A stretch of 59,971 nt of DNA, counting the filler. It is 5 parts of 5 records of this genome, joined end to end, with 100 filler letters (N's around TTAATTAATTAA, not from the genome) between each part and the next. Parts side by side here need not be neighbours in the genome. Positions count along the whole stretch, not along the records: positions 37,266 to 46,009 come from DRR723986_5877; positions 46,110 to 52,973 come from DRR723986_5878; 3 more parts are not named here. One strand, written 5' to 3'. Position 1 is the stretch's first letter, and each line of letters opens with the position of its first letter. This document shows, in pieces, positions 40,140 through 51,355 of this stretch. Below the pieces are notes generated by a model. The model ran no database searches. It saw only the letters and a program-made list of their open reading frames with translations, and had not been told where the DNA came from. The position numbers were made by a program, and so were the translations under genes.

Positions 40140-41096
40140 ATGAAAATCATTCGCCGCCCCCGGCCACACTCATTTGCCAAGGGCACTGCGCTCACCATTG
40201 GAAACTTCGACGGCGTTCACTCCGGCCATGCCGAGTTGTTCCGCCGTGTCGTGTCCGCGGCACGCGCACAGGATTTGGTGCCCACCGTGGTGACACTGCA
40301 TCCGCACCCGAAAGAATTTTTCAACCCGGCATTCAAGCTCGACAGAATTTCAACATTGCGCGACCGGATGATTGAAATGAAGCGCTGCGGGATCGAGCAG
40401 GTGTGTATTTTGCCCTTCAACAAACAAATGGCAACCCTGAACCCTGAGGCTTTCGTGCTTGAGGTATTGATGCAACAACTCAATGCCAGGCAAATCTGGG
40501 TAGGTGACGATTTTCGCTTCGGTGCCAAACGTGCCGGTGACTTCGCCTTGCTCAAAAAACTGGGCGAAGAGCACGGTTTCACCGTGAATGATCTCGCTGA
40601 AGTTCAAAGCGACGGCAGTCGGGTTTCAAGTTCCAACATTCGGGAAGCCCTGAAAGCCGGCGATGTGGCCAAAGCCACTTACATGCTGGGGCATCCGCTG
40701 GTGTATTCCGGGCACATTGTGCATGGTAAAAAACTGGGACGTACCCTGGGCTTTCCCACCATGAACCTGCGCATAGCCGGGCGGGCCAGCGCACTCACCG
40801 GTATTTTGGCGGTGTGGGTGCATGGGCTTGAGCCCCAGCCACTTCCTGCAGTCGCCAGCATGGGCGTGCGCCCCACCGTTGAACAATCCGATCAAATTTT
40901 GCTGGAAACATTCATTCCAGACTGGCAAGGCAATGCTTACGGCAAACTGCTGCGCATCGAGGTGCTGGCACACATTCGCCCGGAGCAACACTTTGATTCG
41001 CTCGATACTATGGTTGAGCAGATGCACAAGGACACGGCAAAGGCCATGACCCTGCTGGCTGCCAACCAACCCAAGATTTCAAATACAGGCTGTTGA
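40140..41096 (+). CDS. ribF: Bifunctional riboflavin kinase/FAD synthetase
   Basis: IGNFDGVHSGH, VGDDFRFG, VSSS.IR, GRTLGFPT.N, G.RPT. Confidence 0.96.
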   Translation: MKIIRRPRPHSFAKGTALTIGNFDGVHSGHAELFRRVVSAARAQDLVPTVVTLHPHPKEFFNPAFKLDRISTLRDRMIEMKRCGIEQVCILPFNKQMATLNPEAFVLEVLMQQLNARQIWVGDDFRFGAKRAGDFALLKKLGEEHGFTVNDLAEVQSDGSRVSSSNIREALKAGDVAKATYMLGHPLVYSGHIVHGKKLGRTLGFPTMNLRIAGRASALTGILAVWVHGLEPQPLPAVASMGVRPTVEQSDQILLETFIPDWQGNAYGKLLRIEVLAHIRPEQHFDSLDTMVEQMHKDTAKAMTLLAANQPKISNTGC

Positions 41097-41102
41097 CCCA
41101 AC

Positions 41103-43898
41103 ATGGATTACAAGAACACACTGAACCTGCCCGATACACCCTTTCCTATGCGTGGCAATTTGCCAGCGCGAGAACCGAACTGGGTTGAACAATGGTGCAA
41201 GGAAGACTTGTACAAGGCGATTCGCCAGTCCAAGGCAGGAAAGCCAAAATTTGTGCTGCACGACGGTCCACCTTATGCCAATGGCGACATTCACATTGGC
41301 CACGCGGTCAACAAAATCCTGAAAGACATCATCGTGAAATGCCGTTGCCTGGCCGGCTATGATGCCCGTTACGTACCCGGCTGGGATTGCCATGGCATGC
41401 CCATTGAAATCCAGATTGAAAAAACCATCGGCAAGGGAAAGCCAACTCTGGAAGTTCAGGAAAAAAGCCGCGCGTACGCCGCCGAGCAAATTGAACGCCA
41501 GAAAAAAGACTTCATTCGACTGGGTGTGCTGGCCGACTGGGACAACCCCTACAAAACCATGAACTTTGGCAACGAAGCAGACGAGCTTCGCGCCTTGGGT
41601 AAAATCATGGAAAAGGGTTATGTATTCCGCGGCTTGAAACCCGTGAACTGGTGCTTCGATTGCGGATCAGCCTTGGCCGAGGCCGAGGTGGAGTACAAGG
41701 ACAAACAAGACATTGCTGTGGATGTTGGGTTTGCATTTGACAACACCCAATTGGACAAACTGGCCACCGCCTTCAATGTGCCCTTGTCCACACTGCAAGC
41801 CAAGCCAGGTCAGCTGGTCATCTGGACCACCACCCCATGGACCTTGCCTGCGAACCAGGCCTTGAACATGCACCCAGAGCTGGTGTACAGCCTGATTGAT
41901 GTGGGCAGTAAATTTCTGCTGTTGGCTCAGGAACGAGTGAAGCCCTGCCTGGAAAGCTATGAGCTACAGGGCACTGAAATCGCCACAGCCAAAGGCGCTG
42001 CGCTGGAAGGCATTTCATTCAGGCACCCTTTCTATGACCGCTTAAGCCCTGTCTACCTGGCCGAATATGTCAGCACGGACGCGGGTACAGGCATTGTTCA
42101 CTGCTCACCAGCCTACGGTGTCGATGACTTTTTAACCAGCAAAGCCTACGGAATGAAAGACGCTGACATCATCAACCCAGTGATGGGCAATGGTGTATAT
42201 GCCGACTCCCTTCCATTTTTTGGTGGCCTGCACATCTGGAAAGCCAACCCGCTCATTGTTGAAAAAATGATCGAAGTAGGCACGCTTGTCAAACAAGTGA
42301 AATTTGGTCACAGCTACATGCACTGCTGGCGCCACAAAACCCCAATCATTTACCGCGCCACGTCGCAGTGGTTTGCAGGCATGGATGTGAAACCCAACGA
42401 TGGCAGCGGCAGTCTGCGCGAGAAAGCGCTGGCGGGAGTGGAAGCCACCGAGTTTTTCCCGGCCTGGGGCAAGGCGCGCCTGCACGCCATGATCGCCAAC
42501 CGGCCAGACTGGACCCTCTCGCGCCAGCGCCAGTGGGGCGTGCCCATGGCATTTTTGGTTCACCGCGAGACCGGCGAACTGCACCCACGCACGCCTGAAC
42601 TGATTGAAACCATCGCGCAGTTGATCGAAAAGAAAGGCATCGAAGCCTGGCAGCACGTATCGGTTGAAGAATTAATTGGTGACGAAGCCAAAGACTACGT
42701 AAAAAACCCTGACACGCTGGATGTTTGGTTCGACTCTGGTACCACGCACGAAACAGTGCTGCGCGGCAGCCATACCGATGAAAGCCATTTCCCGGCCGAC
42801 TTGTATCTGGAGGGTTCTGACCAGCATCGGGGATGGTTCCATTCTTCATTGCTCACCAGCTGTATGATCAACGGCGTGCCGCCCTACAAAGCCCTTCTCA
42901 CCCATGGTTTTGTGGTGGATGGTCAAGGCCGCAAAATGAGCAAATCAGTGGGCAACGTGATTGCGCCTCAACAGGTGTCCGACAAAATGGGCGCAGAAAT
43001 TTTGCGTCTTTGGGTGGCCAGCACCGACTATTCTGGCGAGCTCACCATTTCCGATGAAATCCTGAAGCGCGTGGTCGAAAGCTATCGACGCATTCGCAAC
43101 ACCCTGCGCTTTTTGCTGGCCAATATTTCTGATTTCGACTTTGCCACCGAGGCGGTTCCTACAGAAGAATTGGCCGAGGTTGACCGTTATGCGCTCACGC
43201 TACTTGCAAACCTGCAAAGTGAGTGCGAAGCGCACTACATCAAATACGAGTTCCACCCAATTGTCAGCAAGCTGCAAATTTTCTGTTCCGAAGACTTGGG
43301 TGCATTCTATCTGGATGTACTAAAAGACCGCTTGTATACCACTGGCGTAAACTCCAAGGCCCGCCGCAGCGCGCAAACAACGCTTTACCACATTACACAC
43401 AGCCTGTTACGCCTCATGGCACCAATCCTCAGCTTCACCGCTGAGGAAGCCCGTGAGGTGATGGGCAACGTTGAGCCGTCCATTTTCTGCAATGAATTCT
43501 ACAAGGTGCCACAGGTAGCTGACGCAGATACGCTGGGCAGAAAGTGGGCCGAGCTGCTCGCGCTGCGCGCGCGCGTGGTGAAGGAACTGGAAAACCTGAG
43601 AACGGACGGCAAAATTGGTTCATCCCTGCAAGGCACAGCCACACTGCATTTGCCAGGCGACTTGTACAAGGCCGCAGCAAGCTTGGGCGATGATCTGAAA
43701 TTTCTGTTCATTGTTTCCAACATTGAGATAGCCCCCGCGGCCGAGGAGAAAATCGAAGTGGGTATTGCAGAAGGTGAAAAGTGCGAGCGTTGCTGGCATG
43801 TGCGCCCCGACACGGGCGCAAACCCAGAACACCCAGGTATTTGTGGCCGCTGTGTCAGCAATCTGTTTGGCCAAGGCGAGGTGCGTGATCATGTCTAA
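41103..43898 (+). CDS. ileS: Isoleucine--tRNA ligase (type 1)
   Basis: [36 protein letters not shown]-terminal CERC/CGRC zinc finger. Confidence 0.98.
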   Translation: MDYKNTLNLPDTPFPMRGNLPAREPNWVEQWCKEDLYKAIRQSKAGKPKFVLHDGPPYANGDIHIGHAVNKILKDIIVKCRCLAGYDARYVPGWDCHGMPIEIQIEKTIGKGKPTLEVQEKSRAYAAEQIERQKKDFIRLGVLADWDNPYKTMNFGNEADELRALGKIMEKGYVFRGLKPVNWCFDCGSALAEAEVEYKDKQDIAVDVGFAFDNTQLDKLATAFNVPLSTLQAKPGQLVIWTTTPWTLPANQALNMHPELVYSLIDVGSKFLLLAQERVKPCLESYELQGTEIATAKGAALEGISFRHPFYDRLSPVYLAEYVSTDAGTGIVHCSPAYGVDDFLTSKAYGMKDADIINPVMGNGVYADSLPFFGGLHIWKANPLIVEKMIEVGTLVKQVKFGHSYMHCWRHKTPIIYRATSQWFAGMDVKPNDGSGSLREKALAGVEATEFFPAWGKARLHAMIANRPDWTLSRQRQWGVPMAFLVHRETGELHPRTPELIETIAQLIEKKGIEAWQHVSVEELIGDEAKDYVKNPDTLDVWFDSGTTHETVLRGSHTDESHFPADLYLEGSDQHRGWFHSSLLTSCMINGVPPYKALLTHGFVVDGQGRKMSKSVGNVIAPQQVSDKMGAEILRLWVASTDYSGELTISDEILKRVVESYRRIRNTLRFLLANISDFDFATEAVPTEELAEVDRYALTLLANLQSECEAHYIKYEFHPIVSKLQIFCSEDLGAFYLDVLKDRLYTTGVNSKARRSAQTTLYHITHSLLRLMAPILSFTAEEAREVMGNVEPSIFCNEFYKVPQVADADTLGRKWAELLALRARVVKELENLRTDGKIGSSLQGTATLHLPGDLYKAAASLGDDLKFLFIVSNIEIAPAAEEKIEVGIAEGEKCERCWHVRPDTGANPEHPGICGRCVSNLFGQGEVRDHV

Positions 43899-44463
43899 AC
43901 CCATGCCGAGAAAACCAGCCCCAACCGCCAAACCGGCCAATGCAACCGGCGCCTTGAGGGCACCCAAAAAATCCATCCTTCCCTGGATCGGTTTTTCCCT
44001 GCTGCTTATTCTGGTTGATCAAGTCAGCAAACTGTGGGTTCAATCACGCCTTGATTTGGGTGCGGTGGTTGAAATCACCGGTTTCTTCAACCTGGTGTAC
44101 GTGCTCAACCCAGGAGCTGCATTCAGCTTCCTCGCTGATCAGGCTGGTTGGCAAAAACATTTCCTTTCTGCTGTGGCGGTCATTGCGTCGATTGTCATTC
44201 TGTTCATGATGCGCTCCTCCAGCCACCGCAAATTCGCGATGTTCTGCCTGGCCTGTATTTTGGGCGGTGCAATCGGCAATCTGATTGACCGTGTCGCTCA
44301 CGGCGCAGTGATCGATTTCCTCGATTTTTATGTGGGAAATTATCACTGGCCCGCATTCAATGTGGCCGACATTGCAATTACCATGGGAGCAGTCGGTCTA
44401 ATCATCGACGAACTGTTTTTCAACAAAGAACATAAAGCCGCCAAACCCGCAAAAAGCGAATAA
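43891..44463 (+). CDS. lspA: Lipoprotein signal peptidase II
   Basis: [33 protein letters not shown] overlaps the ileS stop. Confidence 0.96.
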   Translation: MSKPMPRKPAPTAKPANATGALRAPKKSILPWIGFSLLLILVDQVSKLWVQSRLDLGAVVEITGFFNLVYVLNPGAAFSFLADQAGWQKHFLSAVAVIASIVILFMMRSSSHRKFAMFCLACILGGAIGNLIDRVAHGAVIDFLDFYVGNYHWPAFNVADIAITMGAVGLIIDELFFNKEHKAAKPAKSE

Positions 44464-44468
44464 GGTTG

Positions 44469-45719
44469 ATGCCCATGCGCCCTGTCGAATTGCCACCGCT
44501 TCCTGGTTTGAACCAACTGCGTGTAGTGCTGGGCGTGTGCGGCGGCATTGCCGCGTACAAATCGGCCGAGCTGGTGCGCCTGTTAATGAAACAGGGCTGC
44601 TCGGTGCAAGTGGTCATGACTGAATCGGCCACACAATTCATTGCACCGCTAACCTTCCAAGCCCTTTCGGGCAAGGCTGTGCATGTGTCGCAATGGCCAG
44701 CTGGGCACAGTGACAAAAATATTGACCGCGGCATGCCTCACATCGACATCAGCCGCAATGCCGATTTTTTGTTGATTGCCCCTTGCACGGCCAATTCCTT
44801 GGCGAAGTACGCACATGGGTTCGCTGACAATTTGCTGGATAACCTTGTGTTGGCCCGCAATTGCCCCATGGCGATTGCCCCGGCCATGAATGTGGAAATG
44901 TGGAATAACCCGGCCACCCAGCGCAATATCAATCAACTCAAAAACGATGGTGTGCATGTGTTTGGCCCAGCTGCTGGCGAACAGGCTTGCGGTGAAGTGG
45001 GCAGTGGCCGCATGCTGGAACCCTTTGAGATCGTATTGGAACTGGCGCGGGCAGTGAACCAAAAACCCCTGGGTGGAAAAAAGGTATTGCTGACTGCAGG
45101 ACCGACCTTTGAAGCCATTGACCCAGTGCGCGGGATTACGAATCGATCCAGTGGCAAAATGGGTTATGCCTTGGCCCAAGCTGCATGGTTAATGGGTGCC
45201 GAAGTGAGTTTGGTGAGTGGCCCTACCGCTTTGCCAACACCGTACGGTGTGCGCATGATGAATGTTCAATCTGCCAGGCAAATGCATGCTGCAGTATTCG
45301 GTCAAATCGATCAACAAGACCTGTTCATTGGTGTCGCCGCTGTGGCCGACTACGGGATCAAGAACCCGAGCGCTCAAAAACAAAAAAAACAGAACGGACA
45401 GCCGCCAGGCCTGCACATGGAATTCGAACTGAACCCGGACATTCTTGCAGATGTCGGCGAATTCGCCAGTGGTCAGAAAAAATCACTGACTGTAGTCGGT
45501 TTTGCTGCCGAAACAGAAAATCTGGATGAATATGCAAATCGCAAACTGGACAGCAAAAAAGCGCAATTCATCATTGGCAATTTGGCCCAACACGCCTTGG
45601 GTGCCGACCAAACCGAGTTAACCATTTACAGTAAAAAACTGCCCCCTGAATACCTGGCCTCTCTGGACAAACTGCAAGCTGCACAGGCAGTTTTGTCTTT
45701 CATTTCCAAACACTCCTGA
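44469..45719 (+). CDS. coaBC: Bifunctional phosphopantothenoylcysteine decarboxylase/synthase
   Basis: GGIAAYK, APAMN, QACGEVG.GRM, TAGPT.E.IDPVR.ITN.SSGKMG, GFAAET; exact start (44466/44469/44475) uncertain. Confidence 0.96.
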   Translation: MPMRPVELPPLPGLNQLRVVLGVCGGIAAYKSAELVRLLMKQGCSVQVVMTESATQFIAPLTFQALSGKAVHVSQWPAGHSDKNIDRGMPHIDISRNADFLLIAPCTANSLAKYAHGFADNLLDNLVLARNCPMAIAPAMNVEMWNNPATQRNINQLKNDGVHVFGPAAGEQACGEVGSGRMLEPFEIVLELARAVNQKPLGGKKVLLTAGPTFEAIDPVRGITNRSSGKMGYALAQAAWLMGAEVSLVSGPTALPTPYGVRMMNVQSARQMHAAVFGQIDQQDLFIGVAAVADYGIKNPSAQKQKKQNGQPPGLHMEFELNPDILADVGEFASGQKKSLTVVGFAAETENLDEYANRKLDSKKAQFIIGNLAQHALGADQTELTIYSKKLPPEYLASLDKLQAAQAVLSFISKHS

Positions 45720-45733
45720 ACACAAGTACCCTC

Positions 45734-46009
45734 ATGAAAATTCAAGTTGAACTGAAAGTACTCGACCCGCGCATGCAAGAGCAATTGCCTGCCTATGGCA
45801 CACCCGGCAGTGCAGGCATCGACCTGCGCGCCTGCCTGAATGAGCCACTCACTTTGCAACCTGGCCAGGCTGAACTGGTGCCAACCGGTCTTTCCATGTA
45901 CATCGGCAACCCGAATTACTGTGCAACCATTCTGCCCCGTTCAGGCCTGGGTCACAAAAAAGGCTTGGTACTTGGCAACCTGGTGGGGTTGATCGATTCC
46001 GACTACCAG
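45734..46009 (+). CDS. dut: dUTP diphosphatase, 3' partial
   Basis: [23 protein letters not shown]; follows coaBC. Confidence 0.96.
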
Positions 46010-46109
46010 NNNNNNNNNNNNNNNNNNNNNNNNNNNNNNNNNNNNNNNNNNNNTTAATTAATTAANNNNNNNNNNNNNNNNNNNNNNNNNNNNNNNNNNN
46101 NNNNNNNNN
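46010..46109. other. Artificial contig spacer
   Basis: N44-TTAATTAATTAA-N44. Confidence 0.99.
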
Positions 46110-46110
46110 T

Positions 46111-47370
46111 GACGTCACCCGCGAATATTACATCAACGACGGCGGCGCGCAGGTCGACGTGCTCGCGCGGTCGGTCTACCTGCGCTACCTCGAGGCGCAT
46201 GACCTCAGCGTCGACTGGCCCGAGGGCAGCTATCCCGGCGACTACCTGATCCCCGTGGGCGAGGCGCTCAAGGAGAAGGTCGGCGACCGCTGGCTCGACG
46301 CCCCCGAAGAGGAATGGCTGGCCGAGGTACGCAGCTTTGCCACCGATGCGATGATGGACCTGATCCGCGAGGATCTGGCCGCGCTCGGCGTGCGCATGGA
46401 CCATTTCTTTAGCGAGAAAAGCCTCTACGGCACGGGCCGGATCGAGGATGCCATCAAGACGCTCGACGACAAGGGCCTGATCTATCGCGGCGTGCTGGAA
46501 CCGCCGAAGGGCAAGACCCCCGAGGATTGGGAGCCGCGCGAGCAGACGCTCTTCAAGTCCACCGAACACGGCGACGACGTCGACCGCCCGATCATGAAGT
46601 CGGACGGGTCCTGGACCTATTTCGCGCCCGACATCGCCTATCACTACGACAAGGTGAGCCGTGGCTTCGACATGCTCATCGACATCTTCGGCGCCGATCA
46701 CGGCGGCTACGTCAAGCGCATGAAGGCGGCGGTTTCGGCGCTGTCCGAGGGCCGCGTGCCGCTGGACATCAAGCTGATTCAGCTGGTGAAGCTCTACAAG
46801 AATGGCGAGCCCTTCAAGATGTCCAAGCGGGCAGGGACCTTCGTGACCCTGCGCGACGTGGTCGACATGGTGGGCGCCGACGTGGCGCGGTTCCACATGC
46901 TGACCCGCAAGCCCGATGCGGCGCTCGACTTCGATTTCGACAAGGTGGTCGAGCAATCCAAGGAGAACCCGGTCTTCTACGTGCAATACGCCCATGCCCG
47001 GATCTCTTCGGTGCTGCGCAAGGCGGCCGAGGCCGGAGTCGACGTCACCGACTCCACGCTTGCAGCGGTGACGCCGGTTCTCGAGGACCCCGCCGAGATC
47101 GCGCTGGCCGCGAAGCTCGCGGAATGGCCGCGTCTGGTGGAAATCGCCGCCCGCACGCATGAGCCGCACCGCGTCGCCACATACCTCTCCGAGGTGGCCG
47201 CCGACCTGCACGGGCTGTGGAACAAGGGCAACGACAAGCCCGAGCTTCGCTTCGTGCAGGATGACCCTGCCGCAACACAGTCGAAAATTCTGCTGGCTCG
47301 CGCCACGGCGGTTGTGATTCGTGCCGGGCTTGGTATCCTTGGCGTGACCCCGGTCGAAGAGATGCGCTGA
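46111..47370 (+). CDS. argS: Arginine--tRNA ligase, 5' partial
   Basis: Open from the contig edge: [15 protein letters not shown]..., [23 protein letters not shown]-terminal PVEEMR. Confidence 0.97.
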   Translation, partial: DVTREYYINDGGAQVDVLARSVYLRYLEAHDLSVDWPEGSYPGDYLIPVGEALKEKVGDRWLDAPEEEWLAEVRSFATDAMMDLIREDLAALGVRMDHFFSEKSLYGTGRIEDAIKTLDDKGLIYRGVLEPPKGKTPEDWEPREQTLFKSTEHGDDVDRPIMKSDGSWTYFAPDIAYHYDKVSRGFDMLIDIFGADHGGYVKRMKAAVSALSEGRVPLDIKLIQLVKLYKNGEPFKMSKRAGTFVTLRDVVDMVGADVARFHMLTRKPDAALDFDFDKVVEQSKENPVFYVQYAHARISSVLRKAAEAGVDVTDSTLAAVTPVLEDPAEIALAAKLAEWPRLVEIAARTHEPHRVATYLSEVAADLHGLWNKGNDKPELRFVQDDPAATQSKILLARATAVVIRAGLGILGVTPVEEMR

Positions 47371-47453
47371 CAAACAGGCGCCCCGGCCGGGTCTGATCGA
47401 GCAGGCACCCACCCGAACGGCCATGAACCGTGCGGGGGAGACATGAGGCAGAC

Positions 47454-48419
47454 ATGGCAGATTACACCTACGACGGGGCCTATTCGGCCCCCGCTTCCGT
47501 CAAAGTGGCAACCATGGCCCATTGGCTCGGGGCTGCGGCCTCCATCGCGCTGGTCGTCGGCATCGGCGTTTGGGGCTACAGGGTCATGGCGCGCGACGTC
47601 TCGGGTGTCCCGGTGGTCGAGGCCGCGAAGGGGCCGATGCGCGAGGCGCCCGTCGATCCCGGCGGAGAACTGGCCGACCATCAGGGTCTGGCGGTGAATG
47701 CCGTGGCGGGCCTCGGCTCTGCCGCGTCGCCCGCCGACCGTCTGGTGCTGGCGCCGCGCGCTGCCGGGCTCGGGGCCGAGGACGTGGCCGCGGGCCTGCT
47801 GGTGCCGGCGGCGCAACCGGCGCCCATGGCCGCCTCGCTGGCCGCGAATGCCGAGATCGTCGAGATCGAGCCGGGCCTGCCGGAAACCGACGACGACCGC
47901 CTTGCCGCGCTGGTGGACAGCATCGGCGGCGAAGCGCTGGAGCCGCTGTCCGACGCGGTGGTGCCGGTCGTGACCTCGGTGGGGGAAACCTCGCTGGCCG
48001 AGGATGAGATCACCCCGGCCAGCTACACCGGCCCGGGTCTGGAACGCTCCTTGCGGCCAAGGCTGCGCCCCGCCGGGCTGAAGAACGCCACCGCCGCCCC
48101 GCAGGCCGAGGTCGTGGCAGCCTCTGCCCCGGCCGCCGCGGCGGAGATCGACCCTGCCTCGCTGCCCTCCGGGACGCGGCTGGTGCAGATCGGCGCCTAT
48201 GATTCCGCCGACCTCGCCCGCAGTGAATGGGACAGGCTGGGCGGCCGTTTGGGCGAGTTCCTCGACGGCAAGGCCCGCGTCGTGCAAAAGGCGGCCTCTG
48301 GTGGGCGGACCTTCTACCGCCTGCGCGCCCATGGTTTCGAGGATCTGGCCGACGCCCGGCGCTTCTGCGCGGCGCTCGTGGCGCAGAACATCGACTGCAT
48401 CCCGGTCGTGACGCGATGA
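47454..48419 (+). CDS. SPOR-domain membrane protein (FtsN-like context)
   Basis: N-terminal TM, Ala/Pro linker, C-terminal VQIGAY...FYRLR...ARRFC; argS-SPOR-nagZ-scpAB is the usual alphaproteobacterial order. Confidence 0.85.
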   Translation: MADYTYDGAYSAPASVKVATMAHWLGAAASIALVVGIGVWGYRVMARDVSGVPVVEAAKGPMREAPVDPGGELADHQGLAVNAVAGLGSAASPADRLVLAPRAAGLGAEDVAAGLLVPAAQPAPMAASLAANAEIVEIEPGLPETDDDRLAALVDSIGGEALEPLSDAVVPVVTSVGETSLAEDEITPASYTGPGLERSLRPRLRPAGLKNATAAPQAEVVAASAPAAAAEIDPASLPSGTRLVQIGAYDSADLARSEWDRLGGRLGEFLDGKARVVQKAASGGRTFYRLRAHGFEDLADARRFCAALVAQNIDCIPVVTR

Positions 48420-49429
48420 CGGGCTTCGGCGCGGCCATCTATGGCTGCGCGGGGCTGCGCCTGAGCGGAGGGGAAAAGGCCCTGTTCCGGCAGGCGCGGC
48501 CCTTCGGCTTCATCCTCTTCGGTCGCAATCTCGAGACTCCCGACCAGATCCGCGCGCTGTGCAAAGAGCTGCGCGAGGCCGCTGGTTGGGAGGCCCCCAT
48601 CTTCATCGATCAGGAGGGCGGGCGCGTGCAGCGTCTGCGCCCGCCGCTGGGCCGCGACTGGCGCCCGCCGCTCGACGATGCGCGTCAACTGGGGCGGGAC
48701 GCACCGCGCGCCTTCTGGCTGCGCGCCCGGATCATGGCGGCGGAACTGCGCGGGCTGGGCATCGACGGCAACTGCATCCCGACGCTGGACATCGCGCGGG
48801 CCGAAACGCACCCCTTCCTGCAGAACCGCTGTTACGGCGAGGATGTGGAGACGGTCGTGGCCCATGGCCGCGCCGTGGCCGACGGACTGCTGGCGGGCGG
48901 CGTTCTGCCGGTGATGAAGCATATCCCGGGCCACGGCCTTGGCACGCTGGACAGCCACCTCGAACTGCCGCGCGTCTCTGCGCCCCTCGACGCGCTGGAT
49001 CATGCGGATTTTGCCCCGTTTCGTGCGTTGAACGACCTGCCTCTGGCCATGTCGGCACATATCGTCTTCGAAACCATCGACGACAGGCCCGCCACCCAGT
49101 CGCCCGAGATGCTCCGCCTGATCCGCGACAGCATCGGCTTCGACGGGCTTCTGATGACGGACGACATCTCGATGCAGGCGCTGTCCGGAACGGTTCCCGC
49201 CCGCTCCCGCGCCGCGCTGGATGCAGGCTGCGACGTCGTTCTGCATTGTAACGGCGCGCTGGCCGAGATGCAGGCGCTGGCGGAGGTCGCGGACAGGCTG
49301 ACCCCGGCGGCACAGACCCGCGCAGAGGCCGCCCTGGCCGCCCGCAGCACGCCTGCGGCGGTTGACATCGAGGCCTTGCATCAGGAATTTGAGGGCTTGA
49401 TCGCACGAGCCTTGAATGACCGAGCCTGA
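48416..49429 (+). CDS. nagZ: Beta-N-acetylhexosaminidase (GH3)
   Basis: IDQEGGRVQR, KHIPGHG...DSH, TDDISM; ATGA overlap with the upstream stop. Confidence 0.93.
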   Translation: MTGFGAAIYGCAGLRLSGGEKALFRQARPFGFILFGRNLETPDQIRALCKELREAAGWEAPIFIDQEGGRVQRLRPPLGRDWRPPLDDARQLGRDAPRAFWLRARIMAAELRGLGIDGNCIPTLDIARAETHPFLQNRCYGEDVETVVAHGRAVADGLLAGGVLPVMKHIPGHGLGTLDSHLELPRVSAPLDALDHADFAPFRALNDLPLAMSAHIVFETIDDRPATQSPEMLRLIRDSIGFDGLLMTDDISMQALSGTVPARSRAALDAGCDVVLHCNGALAEMQALAEVADRLTPAAQTRAEAALAARSTPAAVDIEALHQEFEGLIARALNDRA

Positions 49430-50213
49430 CGCCCAATCCGAAATGCCGCTCTCCGTCACCGACCGCCTCGCCGCCGAGGCGCTGGTGGTGGACGTGGACG
49501 GATTCGAAGGGCCGCTCGACCTGTTGCTGAACATGGCGCGGGTGCAGAAGGTCGACCTGCGCAAGATCTCGATCCTCGCGCTGGCACGGCAATACCTCGC
49601 CTTCGTGGAGCAGGCCAAGGCGCTCAGGATCGAACTGGCGGCCGATTACCTCGTGATGGCCGCCTGGCTGGCCTTCCTGAAATCGCGCCTTCTGTTGCCG
49701 CCCGATCCCACCGAAGAGGGCCCCTCGGGCGAGGAACTGGCCGCCCACCTCGCGTTTCAGCTGGAACGGCTGCAGGCCATGCGCGAGGCAGCGGCCAAGC
49801 TGATGGCCCGCGACCGGCTGGGGATGAACTTCTTCGCCCGCGGCCTGCCCGAAGAGATGGAGCGGGTGCGCCGGGTGCGCTACACCGCGACCCTGCTGGA
49901 CCTGATGCAGGGCTATGCGCGCATCCGCACGCGCGACGAATTCCGGCCCTTCGTGCTGGACCGCGACCGGGTCTTCACCATGGAACAGGCGCTGGAGCGG
50001 ATGCGCGGCATGATCGGCTTTGCCGGGCAATGGACCGAGATTTCCAGCTACCTGCCGGACGGCTGGGGCGAGGATGAGGTCATGTGGCGATCCGCCACCG
50101 CCGCGACCTTTGCCGCCTCGCTGGAACTGGTGAAGGAGGGCAAGGCGGAACTCCGTCAGTCCGGGACCTTCGCCCCTATCGAACTCCGCCGGAGGGAACG
50201 ACGCGATGACTGA
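49416..50213 (+). CDS. scpA: Segregation and condensation protein A
   Basis: FEGPLDLLL, ADYLVMAA, KSRLLLP, F.ASLEL. Confidence 0.96.
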   Translation: MTEPDAQSEMPLSVTDRLAAEALVVDVDGFEGPLDLLLNMARVQKVDLRKISILALARQYLAFVEQAKALRIELAADYLVMAAWLAFLKSRLLLPPDPTEEGPSGEELAAHLAFQLERLQAMREAAAKLMARDRLGMNFFARGLPEEMERVRRVRYTATLLDLMQGYARIRTRDEFRPFVLDRDRVFTMEQALERMRGMIGFAGQWTEISSYLPDGWGEDEVMWRSATAATFAASLELVKEGKAELRQSGTFAPIELRRRERRDD

Positions 50214-50871
50214 CGCGCCCGACGATACCGCCCCGCGCGAAAGCCTTTTCGAGGCGCCGCCCATGGGCGAGCAGGAGCGCATGATCGAAGCGATCCTCTT
50301 CGCCACCGCCGAGGCCGTGACCGTGAAAGACCTCGCGGACCGGATGCCGCACGGCTGCGATCCGGCCGAAGCGCTCGTGCATCTGCGCAAGCGCTACGAG
50401 GGGCGCGGCGTGCATCTGGTGCGGGTGGGCGACGCCTATGCCATGCGCACCGCGCCGGATCTGGGCTTTCTGATGCAGCGCGAGACGGTCGAGACCCGCA
50501 AGCTGTCACGCGCGGCAATCGAGACGCTGGCCATCATCGCCTACCACCAGCCGGTCACCCGCGCCGAGATCGAGGAAATCCGGGGCGTCGCGGTCTCTCG
50601 CGGCACCGTCGACCAGCTGATCGAGATGGAGTGGATCCGTTTTGGCCGCCGCCGCATGACGCCCGGCCGCCCCGTGACTTTCGTGGTGACCCAAGCCTTC
50701 ATGGAGCATTTCGGCCTGGAATCGGCGCGCGATCTTCCGGGGCTGGCGGAACTGCGCGCCGCCGGTTTGCTGGAAAGCCGGCCTTCGCCGCTGGGCGTCC
50801 CGCAGGTGGGAGAGGATGCGGACAGCGAGGAAGAGACCGACGAGGGCCAGAGCGAGCTTTTCGAAGACTGA
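50206..50871 (+). CDS. scpB: Segregation and condensation protein B
   Basis: IEAILFA, LSRAAIETLAIIAYHQPVTRAEIEEIRGV, PGRP. Confidence 0.96.
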   Translation: MTDAPDDTAPRESLFEAPPMGEQERMIEAILFATAEAVTVKDLADRMPHGCDPAEALVHLRKRYEGRGVHLVRVGDAYAMRTAPDLGFLMQRETVETRKLSRAAIETLAIIAYHQPVTRAEIEEIRGVAVSRGTVDQLIEMEWIRFGRRRMTPGRPVTFVVTQAFMEHFGLESARDLPGLAELRAAGLLESRPSPLGVPQVGEDADSEEETDEGQSELFED

Positions 50872-50952
50872 CCTTGCGGGATGCGCCTGAAAATCGGCGC
50901 AATGTCGTGCTATATGGGGTGCGAGGCATATCGGAAAGACAGGGAAGGCGCC

Positions 50953-51150
50953 ATGAACGCGAACCAGATCGTCACCATGATCGTCCGCACCGTGATGCGG
51001 CAGCTTATCAATCGCGGCGTGAACGCCGGGTTCAAGCAGGTCTCGCGCCGTGTCGGCGGTAGGGCGGCGCCGAAGCCGGTTTCACCGGAGCGGCAGGCCC
51101 AGATGGAGGTGCGCCGGGCGCGCCGCGCGGCCCGCGCTCAAGAACGCTAG
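50953..51150 (+). CDS. Small basic hypothetical protein, 65 aa
   Basis: ATG after purine-rich AGGGAAGG; MNANQIVTMIVRTVMRQLINRGVNAG...; GC-ending codons consistent with coding. Confidence 0.7.
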   Translation: MNANQIVTMIVRTVMRQLINRGVNAGFKQVSRRVGGRAAPKPVSPERQAQMEVRRARRAARAQER

Positions 51151-51355
51151 GGTGCGCCGCGGCGGCGTCTTGACCTGACATGGGGCCCGATCCCGGATCA
51201 TCCGACGGGGCAGGGCCTTTGGGGCGGGCGTGAGCTTTGGTGTCGATCATGAGCCCGGCGCACCGTCCGGGCGCGACATTTGGACGGGCGGAACAGCCCT
51301 CTGCGCGTGACCCCGTTGAGGTGATGCGTGAGCAACTCCCCGCGAGTCCTTGAAT

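Noticed and set aside
40036-41103. FMN riboswitch before ribF or T-box before ileS
   Set aside because: Gaps are only ~104 nt and 6 nt, with no matching motifs
51151-51274. 9-bp inverted repeat GGTGCGCCG/CGGCGCACC flanking ~105 nt, possible MITE
   Set aside because: Short, GC-rich, single copy in the window, no target-site duplication seen
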